Shown here in pieces: positions 9,705 to 19,106 of a stretch of 64,000 bases of DNA. The DNA is taken from positions 256,001-320,000 of the forward strand of contig JBOEGF010000024.1 in NCBI GenBank assembly GCA_050633305.1. The letters are read 5' to 3'. Origin of the DNA: Nannocystales bacterium (GTDB lineage Bacteria; Myxococcota_A; Polyangia; Nannocystales; Nannocystaceae). Under the pieces are notes generated by a model, which saw nothing but the letters and a program-made list of their open reading frames with translations, was not told the DNA's origin and made no database searches. The first letter of the stretch is position 1. The number at the start of each line of letters is the position of its first letter. The translations under genes were made by a program, and so were the position numbers.

Positions 9705-10379
9705 ATGCTGAACGCGGTTGTCACTTCGCTGCATGTCACCGATCGGCCGCGAGAGCGCCTCTTCCTGCATGGGCCCGCCGCGCTGCGCGACGTGGAGTTG
9801 GTCGCGTTGGTGCTGGGCGGAGGCCGTTCACTCAGCCGAGCGGCGGTGGTCCTGCAGCAGCTCGGTGGGCTTCGCTCGCTGCGCTCGGCGACGGCTCTCG
9901 AGTTGCTGCGTGGCGATGGGCTGGGGGAGGCTGGCGCTTCGGCGTTGTGTGCCGCTTTCGAGCTCGGACGGCGTGCAGCCCAACTCGAGATCCCCCTGGG
10001 AACACCCCTTCGGACCCCTTCGGACGTCGGCACCTATGTTCGTGCCCGGCTCGGCGATGCGCCCTCGGAGCGGTTCGTGGTCCTGGGACTCGACGCTCGG
10101 CAGCGCGTACGGTTGGTGGAGACCGTCGCGATCGGCTCGTTGTCCTCGGTGGAGGTTCACCCCCGGGAGGTTTTTCGGCCGCTCGTGCGAGGCGGTTTGC
10201 ACTCGGTGATCGCGGTGCACAACCATCCGAGTGGTGACCCTACGCCGAGCGAGGCGGACCTGGAGCTCACGAACCGATTGTCCGAGGTTGGGCTTCTGGT
10301 CGGCATCCCGCTGCTCGACCACCTGGTCGTCACCCGAACCGAGTCCGTATCGATGGCGATGCTTGGGCTGCTGCCATGA
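9705..10379 (+). CDS. radC: RadC family (JAB/MPN) protein
   Basis: DRPRERL at the N-terminus; VHPREVF, HNHPSGDPTPSEAD and LLDHLVV motifs. Confidence 0.93.
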   Translation: MLNAVVTSLHVTDRPRERLFLHGPAALRDVELVALVLGGGRSLSRAAVVLQQLGGLRSLRSATALELLRGDGLGEAGASALCAAFELGRRAAQLEIPLGTPLRTPSDVGTYVRARLGDAPSERFVVLGLDARQRVRLVETVAIGSLSSVEVHPREVFRPLVRGGLHSVIAVHNHPSGDPTPSEADLELTNRLSEVGLLVGIPLLDHLVVTRTESVSMAMLGLLP

Positions 10380-10499
10380 CGCGTTGCGCGCGCCGACGCT
10401 CCCTGACTGGCGAAGGCCGGCCCTCGGACCCTTGCGGTCGGTTGGGAATAGCTTGGGTGCCGGGCGGTTGGCAGGGGCTACACTCCCTTGGAGTCGCGA

Positions 10500-11627
10500 A
10501 TGAACTGGAAGCGCATCAAGGCCGTCGGCAAGCTTCTGCTGCTCTTCGGCACCCCCTTGCTGGTGGTCCTGGGTCTGTTCGGATCCGGCGTCTACGTTGG
10601 AAACCTCTATCGCCACGGGGTCACGTCGTTCGAGAAAGAGTGGCTGGGGCTCGACATCGAGGTCGCCCCGCCGCATCCCGGCGACGACGACTCCGAGGAG
10701 AAGGACGCCTCGGACGACAGCTCCGATGAGAAGGACGACTCCGAGAAGAAGGACGATCCGGACGACGACTCCGAGAAGAAGGACGACTCGGACGACGACT
10801 CCGAGAAGAAGGACGACTCGGACGACGACTCCGAGAAGAAGGAGGACGATGCGGGGCACGACAAGGACGAGCGTCCCGACGAGCCGGACGTGAAACCGGA
10901 GCCCGTCCCCGAGCCCGCCGCCCTCACGCCTCCTCCGGTCGAGCCCCCATCGCCTCCCCTTGCGCCGCTCGTGGATCCGCTCGAGGGGGCGCTTGCTGGG
11001 AGGTTGGGAGTACCCGTGACGGTCGAGGTGAAGGTCCTCGTCGACGACACCCTCATCGAACAGCACCCGGACTGGATCGACTACGTCCAGCGCACGCTCA
11101 GCGAGGCATCTTCGATCTACGAGAAGCAGTTCGGCGTCACGCTTGAATTGGCCTCGGTCGGTCGATGGGGCGTTCCCACGGCCGGGATGTCCTCCGGCGA
11201 GCTCCTCGAGGATGTCGAGGCAAGGCCGCGCGAAGCGGCACACCTCATCGTTGGCTTCACGGGCCGTCCGCTGGACGACCGAACTTCGGGCAAGGCCTTC
11301 ACGCCCCCCGAGGACGGCCCGTACAACGGCTCTGCGGCGGTTGTCTATGCGACTCGCCAGCGCCGCAACGCACACCTACGGGGTCTGCTTCACGAGGTCG
11401 GCCACTTGTTTGGCGCCCTCGACATCACCGACCCATCTGCGCCCGGCTACAAGTCGGGCAGCTGGATGAGCTACGCGCCGGTCGCTCCGGGTCAGGCTCC
11501 TTGGATTGATCCGAGCAACCGGTCCCGTGTCCTCGCGCGAAAAGACAAACCCTTCGCACCCACGGGCGCGATGACGGTCGCCCCAGAAGCACCGGCCGCG
11601 CGCCCCTCGGAGGAGAACCCGAAATGA
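10500..11627 (+). CDS. Membrane-anchored metzincin-type zinc metallopeptidase (M12/reprolysin-like) with acidic repeat linker
   Basis: N-terminal TM helix; HEVGHLFGALD zinc motif with an SWMS Met-turn; DDSEKK repeats. Confidence 0.75.
   Translation: MNWKRIKAVGKLLLLFGTPLLVVLGLFGSGVYVGNLYRHGVTSFEKEWLGLDIEVAPPHPGDDDSEEKDASDDSSDEKDDSEKKDDPDDDSEKKDDSDDDSEKKDDSDDDSEKKEDDAGHDKDERPDEPDVKPEPVPEPAALTPPPVEPPSPPLAPLVDPLEGALAGRLGVPVTVEVKVLVDDTLIEQHPDWIDYVQRTLSEASSIYEKQFGVTLELASVGRWGVPTAGMSSGELLEDVEARPREAAHLIVGFTGRPLDDRTSGKAFTPPEDGPYNGSAAVVYATRQRRNAHLRGLLHEVGHLFGALDITDPSAPGYKSGSWMSYAPVAPGQAPWIDPSNRSRVLARKDKPFAPTGAMTVAPEAPAARPSEENPK
10735..10843 (+). repeat. 30-bp coding tandem repeat (about 3.5 copies) encoding SEKKDDSDDD
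   Basis: Unit CCGAGAAGAAGGACGACTCGGACGACGACT at 10741, 10771 and 10801, partial at 10831; degenerate copies from ~10684. Confidence 0.9.
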
Positions 11628-11851
11628 GCAGCGACAAACCGGTCCCCACCAAGGGCGAACTCGAGAAGAAAACCGACTCTGCGGAGGAAGAGTCTGGCGG
11701 ACGCGGTCGGCTCTCGTGGATGCTCGGATGGATCGCGCTTCCGGGCGCGGTCCTCGGCGGTCTGTTCGGCGGAGGAGTCCTCGTCGGGGCGAACTTCCAC
11801 GACAGCTGGTTCACGCGCGCGTTCGTCTGGATCGGCGAGCTGTTCTTCTAG
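11624..11851 (+). CDS. Small membrane protein
   Basis: ATGA overlap with the upstream gene; GGAGGAG Shine-Dalgarno; Gly-rich TM helix. Confidence 0.7.
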   Translation: MSSDKPVPTKGELEKKTDSAEEESGGRGRLSWMLGWIALPGAVLGGLFGGGVLVGANFHDSWFTRAFVWIGELFF

Positions 11852-11927
11852 AGCGCCTCACAACGGCGTCGTCGAAGAATACGTCGCGCGCCACCGGGGT
11901 GGCGGTGTCCAACGCTCGGGACGCCCT

Positions 11928-12737
11928 CTAGCGCGTTGGACGGATGAAGGCGTGGATCCGGGCGCCTTTGGGCGTGGGATCGACTGGCGGGTGATCTGCG
12001 ACGAGGCGCTCGATGACGGGGAGCGCTCGCGTGATGGTGGTCTCGGCGTGCAGGGGCGAGAACTCGTCGTCGAAGAGGACGATCAAGCGGTAGATCGCCG
12101 CGAACGGACGCACGATCACGCTCAAGGGGTCTCGGTCCCAGGACCACGCGCCGTTCTGGTTCGAAGCCTGAGCGATGGCCGCCCACGTCGTGAGAAGGAG
12201 GTCCGACCCGATATCCTCGATGGCGTCGGCGATCGTCGCGAGGTGAGGGACGAGCGCCCGGGGCGTGGGCGGGAGCTGTTGGCCGTCGAGCCATCCGAGG
12301 ATCTGTTTTGGCGAGTGCTCGCCGAGGGCTTCGCCGACCCGCCGAGCCTGGTCGGCGTCGCCGAGCCACGCGCCATCTCGCGAAGCGCCCCAGACCATGG
12401 GAGAGCGGTCGTCGACGACCCAAGCACACGATGCGCCGACCCGGTCGACGAGCACATCGAGCATCTGCCGAAGAGGGGCGCCCGCGTCGGATTGGGTTTG
12501 CGGAACGGGTGCCTCTCCAGTGGCTTCGAGCAGGACGCGATCGAAGGACGAGACGAGCTCGTCGAGTTGGGCACGTGCCTCATCGGTCGGCTCGTCGAGG
12601 TCTGCGCAGAGCCGCCAGCCATCCCGAATCGTCGCGGACACGGCGTTGGGCGGCGGTGCGTTGCCGTACTCGACCCACGACCGCGTCGCGCCGAGTTCAC
12701 GGCACACCAGCGCGAGCAATCGATCGAGAGCCTGCAT
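11928..12737 (-). CDS. Hypothetical protein (possible roadblock/GAF-like modules)
   Basis: GGAGGA Shine-Dalgarno before MQALDRLL; CAWVVDDRSPMVWG and IYRLIVLFD segments. Fold is a guess. Confidence 0.6.
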   Translation of the reverse strand: MQALDRLLALVCRELGATRSWVEYGNAPPPNAVSATIRDGWRLCADLDEPTDEARAQLDELVSSFDRVLLEATGEAPVPQTQSDAGAPLRQMLDVLVDRVGASCAWVVDDRSPMVWGASRDGAWLGDADQARRVGEALGEHSPKQILGWLDGQQLPPTPRALVPHLATIADAIEDIGSDLLLTTWAAIAQASNQNGAWSWDRDPLSVIVRPFAAIYRLIVLFDDEFSPLHAETTITRALPVIERLVADHPPVDPTPKGARIHAFIRPTR

Positions 12738-12750
12738 TCCTCCCGACAGG

Positions 12751-14457
12751 TTAGCGCGCGCTGGGCGAGGATGCGGCGCCGATTCGGGGCGCTCGTCGAG
12801 TCTCCCGGACCATCTCGTCTCGATACCGCTCGACTTCGTCCTCAATCTCGGCGCCGCGGCCACCGCGGGCATCGACCAGAAGGGTGGCGACGTCGCGGGC
12901 GACACTCCCTCCAAGGTCGCTGGCGGTCAGCGCGAGCGGGATGCGTCGCCGCAACACATCCGACACGTGCTGCGCGCCTTCGTGCTGAACAGCGTGTTGG
13001 AGCTCGATTCGGCGGTACGGGAGGTCGGAGACGATTCTCGCTTCGAGCCCGGCCGTACTTCGAGCTTGCGTTGCGAGCCTCCGGGCGGCGGGCCCATGTC
13101 GACCCCAGAGATCTGCGACCAAGGGATCGACTCGCTCCTCCTCCGACAACGGCTCGCTCGGTACGAGCACCGAGGTTGCCGTCGAACAAGCGCTCGGTTT
13201 CGGTCGATCGGCGGGCCACTGGTCGCGGAGCCGGTCGATCACGAGGTCGACGACCTCTTCGGCCATTGCGCGGAACGTGGTGAGTTTGCCCCCGACCAGA
13301 CCGAGCGCGCCGTTGTCCCCTTTGACGATCCGGTGCTTGCGAGAGACTTCGACCGACTCTCCGCTCGCACCCTCGGGCCGCACGAGCGGCCGAACGCCGG
13401 CCCACGTGCTGATGATGTTCTCCGGGCTGAGGCCGGCGCCGGGCATCACGCGTCGCACGGTCTCGAGCAGCTCGAGTTCTTCGTGTTCGAGCACGCCGCA
13501 GCCCGCCGGGTCTCCCTCATAGGGAGTGTCGGTCGTCCCGACGTACGTCCGCGATCCCCAGGGGACGACGAAGAGGATCCGGCGTGCATCGCCGGGGGCC
13601 TGAACGACGACGGGTCGTCGCACCGGCACATCCTCGGACCGAAGGACCAAGTGCACGCCCTTGGACTTCAGGACCAGCTCCGTGCCGGGATCCCCCAGCA
13701 GCGTTCTGCCGGTCCACGGTCCCGTGGCGACAACAACCTCGCGGGCGTGGGCGAGGGAACCGCCATCGAGGTGGACGTCGATGCCCGCTTCGACCCGTTC
13801 GACGCGCTCGACGGCGGTGTACGTCAGCACATCCGCTCCATGGCGCCGGGCATCCTGCAGCACCGTCAGGGTCAGCCGGGCGTCGTCGGTGACTGCGTCT
13901 TCGTACAGCACCGCGCCCCGCAGTCCGTCCTCGGCCAGCAGAGGTTCGAGCTCGAGACACCGCTTCGCATCCGCGGAGTCGTGGCCCTCCCCGCGAAACA
14001 GGTTGAGCGCGTCGTAGAGCGTCAGGCCCATCCGCAGCATCCACGGCCCGAGGCGATCTCCCCGGTAGGCCGGAAAGAGGAACCGCGCGGGCTCCACGAG
14101 GTGGGGCGCCGCGTCGTAGAGGCGGGCGCGCTCCCGGAGGGCCTCATAGACCAGGCCAACCTGGCCCTGTTCGAGGTAGCGGACTCCGCCGTGAATCAGC
14201 CGGCTGGAGCGGGAACTGGTCCCATGGGCGACGTCGGCCGCGTCCACGACGAGAACGCTCAAACCCCGCCGTGCGGCATCTCGGGCCACGCCGGCCCCGC
14301 TGATCCCCGCGCCGACGACTACCAAATCCCACATCTTTCCGTCCGCGATGTGCGAGCGGGCGTCGCGGGACTGCTGGGCTCCCCAGGGCTGCCATGCGTC
14401 GTCCGCGTGGACGGAGACGGGGTCAGAGGGGGACGAGGGGGAAGCTGGGTCGGGCAC
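12751..14457 (-). CDS. glpD: FAD-dependent glycerol-3-phosphate dehydrogenase
   Basis: GAGISGAGVARDAARRGL, GTSSRSSRLIHGGVRYLE, DDARL, WAGVRPL and GGKLTTFRAMAE motifs. Confidence 0.92.
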   Translation of the reverse strand: MPDPASPSSPSDPVSVHADDAWQPWGAQQSRDARSHIADGKMWDLVVVGAGISGAGVARDAARRGLSVLVVDAADVAHGTSSRSSRLIHGGVRYLEQGQVGLVYEALRERARLYDAAPHLVEPARFLFPAYRGDRLGPWMLRMGLTLYDALNLFRGEGHDSADAKRCLELEPLLAEDGLRGAVLYEDAVTDDARLTLTVLQDARRHGADVLTYTAVERVERVEAGIDVHLDGGSLAHAREVVVATGPWTGRTLLGDPGTELVLKSKGVHLVLRSEDVPVRRPVVVQAPGDARRILFVVPWGSRTYVGTTDTPYEGDPAGCGVLEHEELELLETVRRVMPGAGLSPENIISTWAGVRPLVRPEGASGESVEVSRKHRIVKGDNGALGLVGGKLTTFRAMAEEVVDLVIDRLRDQWPADRPKPSACSTATSVLVPSEPLSEEERVDPLVADLWGRHGPAARRLATQARSTAGLEARIVSDLPYRRIELQHAVQHEGAQHVSDVLRRRIPLALTASDLGGSVARDVATLLVDARGGRGAEIEDEVERYRDEMVRETRRAPRIGAASSPSAR

Positions 14458-14593
14458 GGACGAGCTCGCGCATGGTGCCTACGTCAGCGGAGGGGGATGG
14501 TCAAACGTTCCCCGCCACGATTGTTGCAACCGTCGGTTGCGCGAAGCGCCACACGTTGTGACACTCCCCTTGCCAACCCGAACAGGAGCCTCG

Positions 14594-16675
14594 ATGGCGC
14601 TGTATACCCTGTACGTTCAGTACGCGGGACGACCCCCCGAAACCAAATCATTCGACAAGGAAACGATCGTCATGGGACGCGATGTCGGCGACATTGCCCT
14701 TCAGGACCCACAGGTCTCTGGGCGACACGCCGAGATGCGGTTCCAAGGCGGACGCCTCGTTTTTCAAGACCTCGGTTCGACCAACGGATCGTTCCTCCCA
14801 ACAGGGGAGCGAATCCAGGCTCCGGTCGAGCTCGGGATCGGCCAGGCTGTCCGTTTGGGACAGTCGGTGATCACGGTTCAGCACATCGACTTTCCCGGCG
14901 CGGTCGGGCAGAGCAAGACGATGTTTGCTGGGGCAGGTGCCGCGCCTCCGCCGGCCAGTGCGCCAGCACCGGCGCCAGGACAGCCGTTTGCTGCACCTGC
15001 GGCTCCGCCGATCCCCGGGGCTTCTCACCAGGTTCGGCCAGGTGGTCCCCCGCCGGGCCCGCCTCGTCCGGGCATGCCTGGCGGTCCTGCGGCCGCCCCT
15101 GCTCCGGCTCCCATGGCTCCGGCTCCAGCACCCATGGCCCCCGCGCCTGCGCCGATGGCCGCACCGCCTCCCGCGGCAGGGCCACCCCCTGGGCAGCCGG
15201 GGTACCCACCACCGGGGGGGCAGCCTCCGGGGCAGCCCCCGATGGGTCAGCCTGCAGGGCAGCCGCCGATGGGTCAGCCTCCAGGGCAGCCGCCGATGGG
15301 TGGACAGCCTCCGATGGGTCAGCCTCCGGGGCAGCCGCCGATGGGTGGACAGCCGCCCATGGGTGGTCAACCCGGCCAGCCGCCGATGGGCGGTCACCCT
15401 GGACAGCCGCCGATGGGGGGTCAACCCGGACAGCCGCCGATGGGTGGTCAGCCCGGTCAGCCTGCGATGGGCGGTCAACCGGGCTACCCCGGCCAGCCCA
15501 ATGCGATGCAGCCCGCGGCTCAAGGCAACGATCCCTTCGGGGCGATCGAGAGCGAGGGCTTCTTCGGTGATGTGAAGGCTGGCTTCGCACTTCTCAAACC
15601 GGTGATGATCCCGGTCGTGCTCGTGCTCGGGTCCGCCGTCCTTCCGCTGGTGGGGCTCGTGTTCCCACTGTTGGCACTCGCCGGTGGGACCATGTTGGTC
15701 CGCTCCCGTCTGGGAATGCCGGTGTCCGCCGGCGCCGCGGTGAAGTACGCCATGCGCGACTTCGTGGGCAACTGGATCAGCGCATTCCTTGCCATCATCG
15801 TGCCGTTCGCTGGGATGTCGGGTGGTCTGCCCTCGATGATCATCGAGCGGCGGGAGAAGATGGACGCGCTCAGCCGCGGCATCGAGGTCCTCAAGTGGGA
15901 CATCGGTCGGATCGTGCTCGCGACCATCGTTGCGAGTATCGGTGGTCAGATCGTCGCGTCGATCGGCTTCACGGTTGGCGGGTTCATCCCCTACGTCGGT
16001 TGGGTTCTGTCGCTCTTGATCGGGATGGCCGGATACGGCTTCTCGCTCGGTTTGGTCCTGGCCACCGGTCTGCATCAGTACTTCTTGCTTCGGAAGCAGA
16101 ACGAAGGCGTCGATGTCGAGGCCGAAGCCCGGGCCGCGATGGAGGCGATGGACGCAGGTGTTCCAGCCGCACCGGCCGCCCCCGCGCAACCGGCCTTCCA
16201 AAACCAGCCGCAGCCCGGCGGGTTCCAACAGCCCGGCGCCGCACCGCAACAGCCTGGCGGCTTCCCGCAGCCTGGTGCACCTCCGCAGCAGCCCGGTGGC
16301 TATCCGCCGCCCGGTGCACCTCCGCAGCAGCCCGGCGGCTATCCGCAGCCCGGCGCAGCACCGCAGCAACCCGGCGGCTACCCGCAGCCCGGCGCAGCAC
16401 CGCAACAACCCGGCGGATATCCGCAACCGGGCGCAGCTCCGCAGCAGCCGGGATATCCAGCCCCCGCCCCGGGTGGGTATCCGCAACCGGGTGCAGCACC
16501 GCAGCAACCCGGCGGTTACCCGCAGCAGCCCGGCGGCTATCCGCAGCAGCCCGGTGCCGCTCCGCAACAGCCTGGCGGCTACCCGCAGCCGGGTGTGGCG
16601 CCACAGCAGCAGCCCGGTGGCTACCCGCCTCCTGGAGGCTACCCGCCGCCAGGCGGTGGATATCCGCAGCAGTAA
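14594..16675 (+). CDS. FHA-domain membrane protein with Pro/Gly/Gln-rich low-complexity regions
   Basis: AGGAG Shine-Dalgarno; FHA motifs GR, SGRHA and DLGSTNG; GQPPMG repeats; multi-TM core; PQQPGGY repeats at the C-terminus. Confidence 0.88.
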   Translation: MALYTLYVQYAGRPPETKSFDKETIVMGRDVGDIALQDPQVSGRHAEMRFQGGRLVFQDLGSTNGSFLPTGERIQAPVELGIGQAVRLGQSVITVQHIDFPGAVGQSKTMFAGAGAAPPPASAPAPAPGQPFAAPAAPPIPGASHQVRPGGPPPGPPRPGMPGGPAAAPAPAPMAPAPAPMAPAPAPMAAPPPAAGPPPGQPGYPPPGGQPPGQPPMGQPAGQPPMGQPPGQPPMGGQPPMGQPPGQPPMGGQPPMGGQPGQPPMGGHPGQPPMGGQPGQPPMGGQPGQPAMGGQPGYPGQPNAMQPAAQGNDPFGAIESEGFFGDVKAGFALLKPVMIPVVLVLGSAVLPLVGLVFPLLALAGGTMLVRSRLGMPVSAGAAVKYAMRDFVGNWISAFLAIIVPFAGMSGGLPSMIIERREKMDALSRGIEVLKWDIGRIVLATIVASIGGQIVASIGFTVGGFIPYVGWVLSLLIGMAGYGFSLGLVLATGLHQYFLLRKQNEGVDVEAEARAAMEAMDAGVPAAPAAPAQPAFQNQPQPGGFQQPGAAPQQPGGFPQPGAPPQQPGGYPPPGAPPQQPGGYPQPGAAPQQPGGYPQPGAAPQQPGGYPQPGAAPQQPGYPAPAPGGYPQPGAAPQQPGGYPQQPGGYPQQPGAAPQQPGGYPQPGVAPQQQPGGYPPPGGYPPPGGGYPQQ
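15190..15495 (+). repeat. Coding repeats of GQPPMG/GQPPGQPPM
   Basis: Recurrent CAGCCGCCGATGGG units. Confidence 0.85.
16205..16670 (+). repeat. Coding repeats (~39 bp) of PQQPGGYPQPGAA
   Basis: About 10 degenerate 13-aa units. Confidence 0.85.
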
Positions 16676-16710
16676 CACCCGGTCCCACGGGTGACCCAAG
16701 CGGGTCCGAC

Positions 16711-16743
16711 AAGGGCGGTGCTCACGCGAGCGCCGCCCTTTTT
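16711..16743 (+). terminator. Intrinsic terminator
   Basis: AAGGGCGGTGCTC-loop-GAGCGCCGCCCTTTTT. Confidence 0.8.
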
Positions 16744-16826
16744 CGTGTTCGCTGGTGGTGTCCTGCGTGATGCAGCGCGTGGACCCAATGGCCCGCAATG
16801 CGTAGGGTTCGCGCGGAGTTTCTGCC

Positions 16827-19088
16827 ATGCCCGACGCCCCCAGCACCTCGCCACGGTACGACCTCTCTCGCCTCGGCCAGTTTCCCGAGTTGACGCCCGA
16901 CATCATGCGCGTTGCGTATCGCGAGGCTTGCATGGCTCGCATGCACGTGGAGCGCGTGGTGCAGGAGTGCCTCAAGGGAATCGTGAAGTTCGCGATCTGG
17001 GGTCCGGGCGAGGAGATTCACGGCACCGCGACCGCACTCGCAGCACACAGCGAGCTCGCCTTCGACAAGTTCGCGATCTGCGGCCACTACCGCAGCGCGT
17101 CGCTGTTGGGACTGTGGGCTCGACTGCAGGGCTACGAAGACTTCCACCTCGACCACATGCGCCAGCAGCTCTCGCGGAGCACCGACCCGTGGAGCGGTGG
17201 TCGCCAGATGACGGCCCACTTCAACGACATGCGCTTCGGCATCCTGCCGGTGCAGTCGGCACTTGGCATGCAGGTATCCAAGTCGGTCGGGTACGCCTAC
17301 GGCAACCAACTCAAGGGGCAGACCGACTCCGTCACGATGGCGGTGGTAGGCGATGGAACCTGTGCTGAAGGCGACCTCCACGAGGGCATGACCGGCGCCT
17401 CGATCCTCGGGCTGCCGTGGTTGCTTGTCGTCACCGACAACAACATCGCGATCAGCGTCAAGCCGGAGGACGGTCGCGGCATCCAGGACTTCGAGGCCTA
17501 CGCGAAGGCGTTCGGCTTCGAGTACTTCACCTGCGACGGCAACGACTTTCTCGAGGTGTACGAGACCAACAAGAAGGCGATGGCGTTTTGCCGGGACAAC
17601 CAGAAACCGGCCCTGCTTTGGGTTCGGAACCTGTCGCGCCTCAACGACCACAGCTCGGCGGCTGACGTCACCTTCAAGTTCGACCAACACGACCCGCTGC
17701 TCGACTTCGGCCAAGCGCTTGTCGACCAGGGCGTGCTGCAGGATGGCGACGTCGTGCGTCGCAAGGACGGCCAATCCAAGGACTACTTCCTCCGTCACGA
17801 CCTGGGCACGGTCGCAACCGCGGCCGATGAGTACATCGTAGGGACGATGGCGCAGGCCGAGTCCGAGCCCGAGCCCACCTACGACTCGGTGTTCGAGCAC
17901 ATCCGTGATCCGTTCCCCGAGTCGGTGGAAGCGCCGGTCGAGGGTCGCAACACGGTCATCTCGATCAACGGTGCGATGCGAGCCGCACTTGGGGCCATCC
18001 TCAAGGAGAACCCCATGACGTGGGTCTATGGGCAGGATGTGGGAGCCAAGGGAGGCGTGATGCAGGCCACGCGCGGCTTGTTCGACCAGTTCCCCGGTCA
18101 GGTCAAAGACGCTCCGATCAACGAGCCTCTCATCCTTGGCGCGGCCACAGGGTTCGCGCTTCACGAGGGCTCGACCGCGTTGCCCGAGATTCAGTTCAGC
18201 GACTACAGCCTCAACACGCTGCACTGGCTGGTCTACCTCGGCAACCTCCTGTGGACCTCCGGCGGAACGATTCACGCCAACGTGATCGTCCGGCTGCCCA
18301 CCGAGCCGTTGCATGGCGGAGCCGTGTACCACTCGATGTGCATGGAAGGCCTCTACGGGTCGATCCCTGGCCTGACGATCTGCGCGCCCACCACTTCGCG
18401 TGACATCTACGGGATGCTGCGGAGCGCGGCGGAGTTCACCGGACCGGTCGTGTTCTTCGAGTCCAAGGGCCTGTACCGCATGACGCTCGGCGATGCTTTC
18501 CCCGGGGAGCCCACCGACAAGGCCGAGGTCGCCAAGCTCAAGCGTGCGATCGCGTTCGAGGGCCACGCACCCGACATTCCCGACGACTTCCGGGTCCCCC
18601 TCGGCAAGGCTGCGGTCCGGCGTGAGGGCACCGACCTCAGCATCGTGACCTGGGGTCGCTGCACCTTGTTCGTGCAGACCGCCATCGAAACCCTGTCCGC
18701 TGCAGGCATCGATGTCGAGATGATCGACCTCCGCACGATCGTCCCGCCCGACCTCGAGACGGTGATGGCTTCGGTCTCCAAGACCCGTCGACTGCTCGTT
18801 GTGCACGAAGACCGGGTCTTCGCCAGCCTTGGTCGCGAGCTTCAAGGATCGGTGATCGAGGCGATGGCTGGTCAACCCTTGGCGACCCGGGTTCTGGGTC
18901 AGGACGCGGTCCCGGGCATCCCCCAAAACGCCCGCCTCGAAGAGCAGCTGGTCGTCTCGCCGGAAAAAATCATCAAGGCGGCACACGAGGTCATGGCGTT
19001 GCCGCTCGGCTCCGGTGGTGCCGCCGTGCCCGCTCCGGCTGCCGCTCCGGCGGTGCTCTGGACACCCAACCGCAACTTCGTCGCTTGA
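16827..19088 (+). CDS. 2-oxoacid dehydrogenase E1, fused alpha+beta subunits
   Basis: TPP motif GDG...DNN; beta-part motifs GQDVG, DAPINE, PEIQFSDY, DLRTIVP and VVHED. Confidence 0.9.
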   Translation: MPDAPSTSPRYDLSRLGQFPELTPDIMRVAYREACMARMHVERVVQECLKGIVKFAIWGPGEEIHGTATALAAHSELAFDKFAICGHYRSASLLGLWARLQGYEDFHLDHMRQQLSRSTDPWSGGRQMTAHFNDMRFGILPVQSALGMQVSKSVGYAYGNQLKGQTDSVTMAVVGDGTCAEGDLHEGMTGASILGLPWLLVVTDNNIAISVKPEDGRGIQDFEAYAKAFGFEYFTCDGNDFLEVYETNKKAMAFCRDNQKPALLWVRNLSRLNDHSSAADVTFKFDQHDPLLDFGQALVDQGVLQDGDVVRRKDGQSKDYFLRHDLGTVATAADEYIVGTMAQAESEPEPTYDSVFEHIRDPFPESVEAPVEGRNTVISINGAMRAALGAILKENPMTWVYGQDVGAKGGVMQATRGLFDQFPGQVKDAPINEPLILGAATGFALHEGSTALPEIQFSDYSLNTLHWLVYLGNLLWTSGGTIHANVIVRLPTEPLHGGAVYHSMCMEGLYGSIPGLTICAPTTSRDIYGMLRSAAEFTGPVVFFESKGLYRMTLGDAFPGEPTDKAEVAKLKRAIAFEGHAPDIPDDFRVPLGKAAVRREGTDLSIVTWGRCTLFVQTAIETLSAAGIDVEMIDLRTIVPPDLETVMASVSKTRRLLVVHEDRVFASLGRELQGSVIEAMAGQPLATRVLGQDAVPGIPQNARLEEQLVVSPEKIIKAAHEVMALPLGSGGAAVPAPAAAPAVLWTPNRNFVA

Positions 19089-19106
19089 GGCGCTCAGTAC
19101 GAGCTT

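Noticed and set aside
9705..10379. radC as a marker of a mobile element
   Set aside because: Full-length chromosomal-type RadC; no integrase, transposase or att sites seen.
10684..10850. 30-bp direct repeats as a possible CRISPR array
   Set aside because: Contiguous, in frame, no unique spacers and no cas genes.
12265..15570. 1101-aa + strand ORF
   Set aside because: Antisense shadow of glpD and off-frame over the FHA gene; Arg/Ala/Gly-rich with no motifs, as expected in high-GC DNA.
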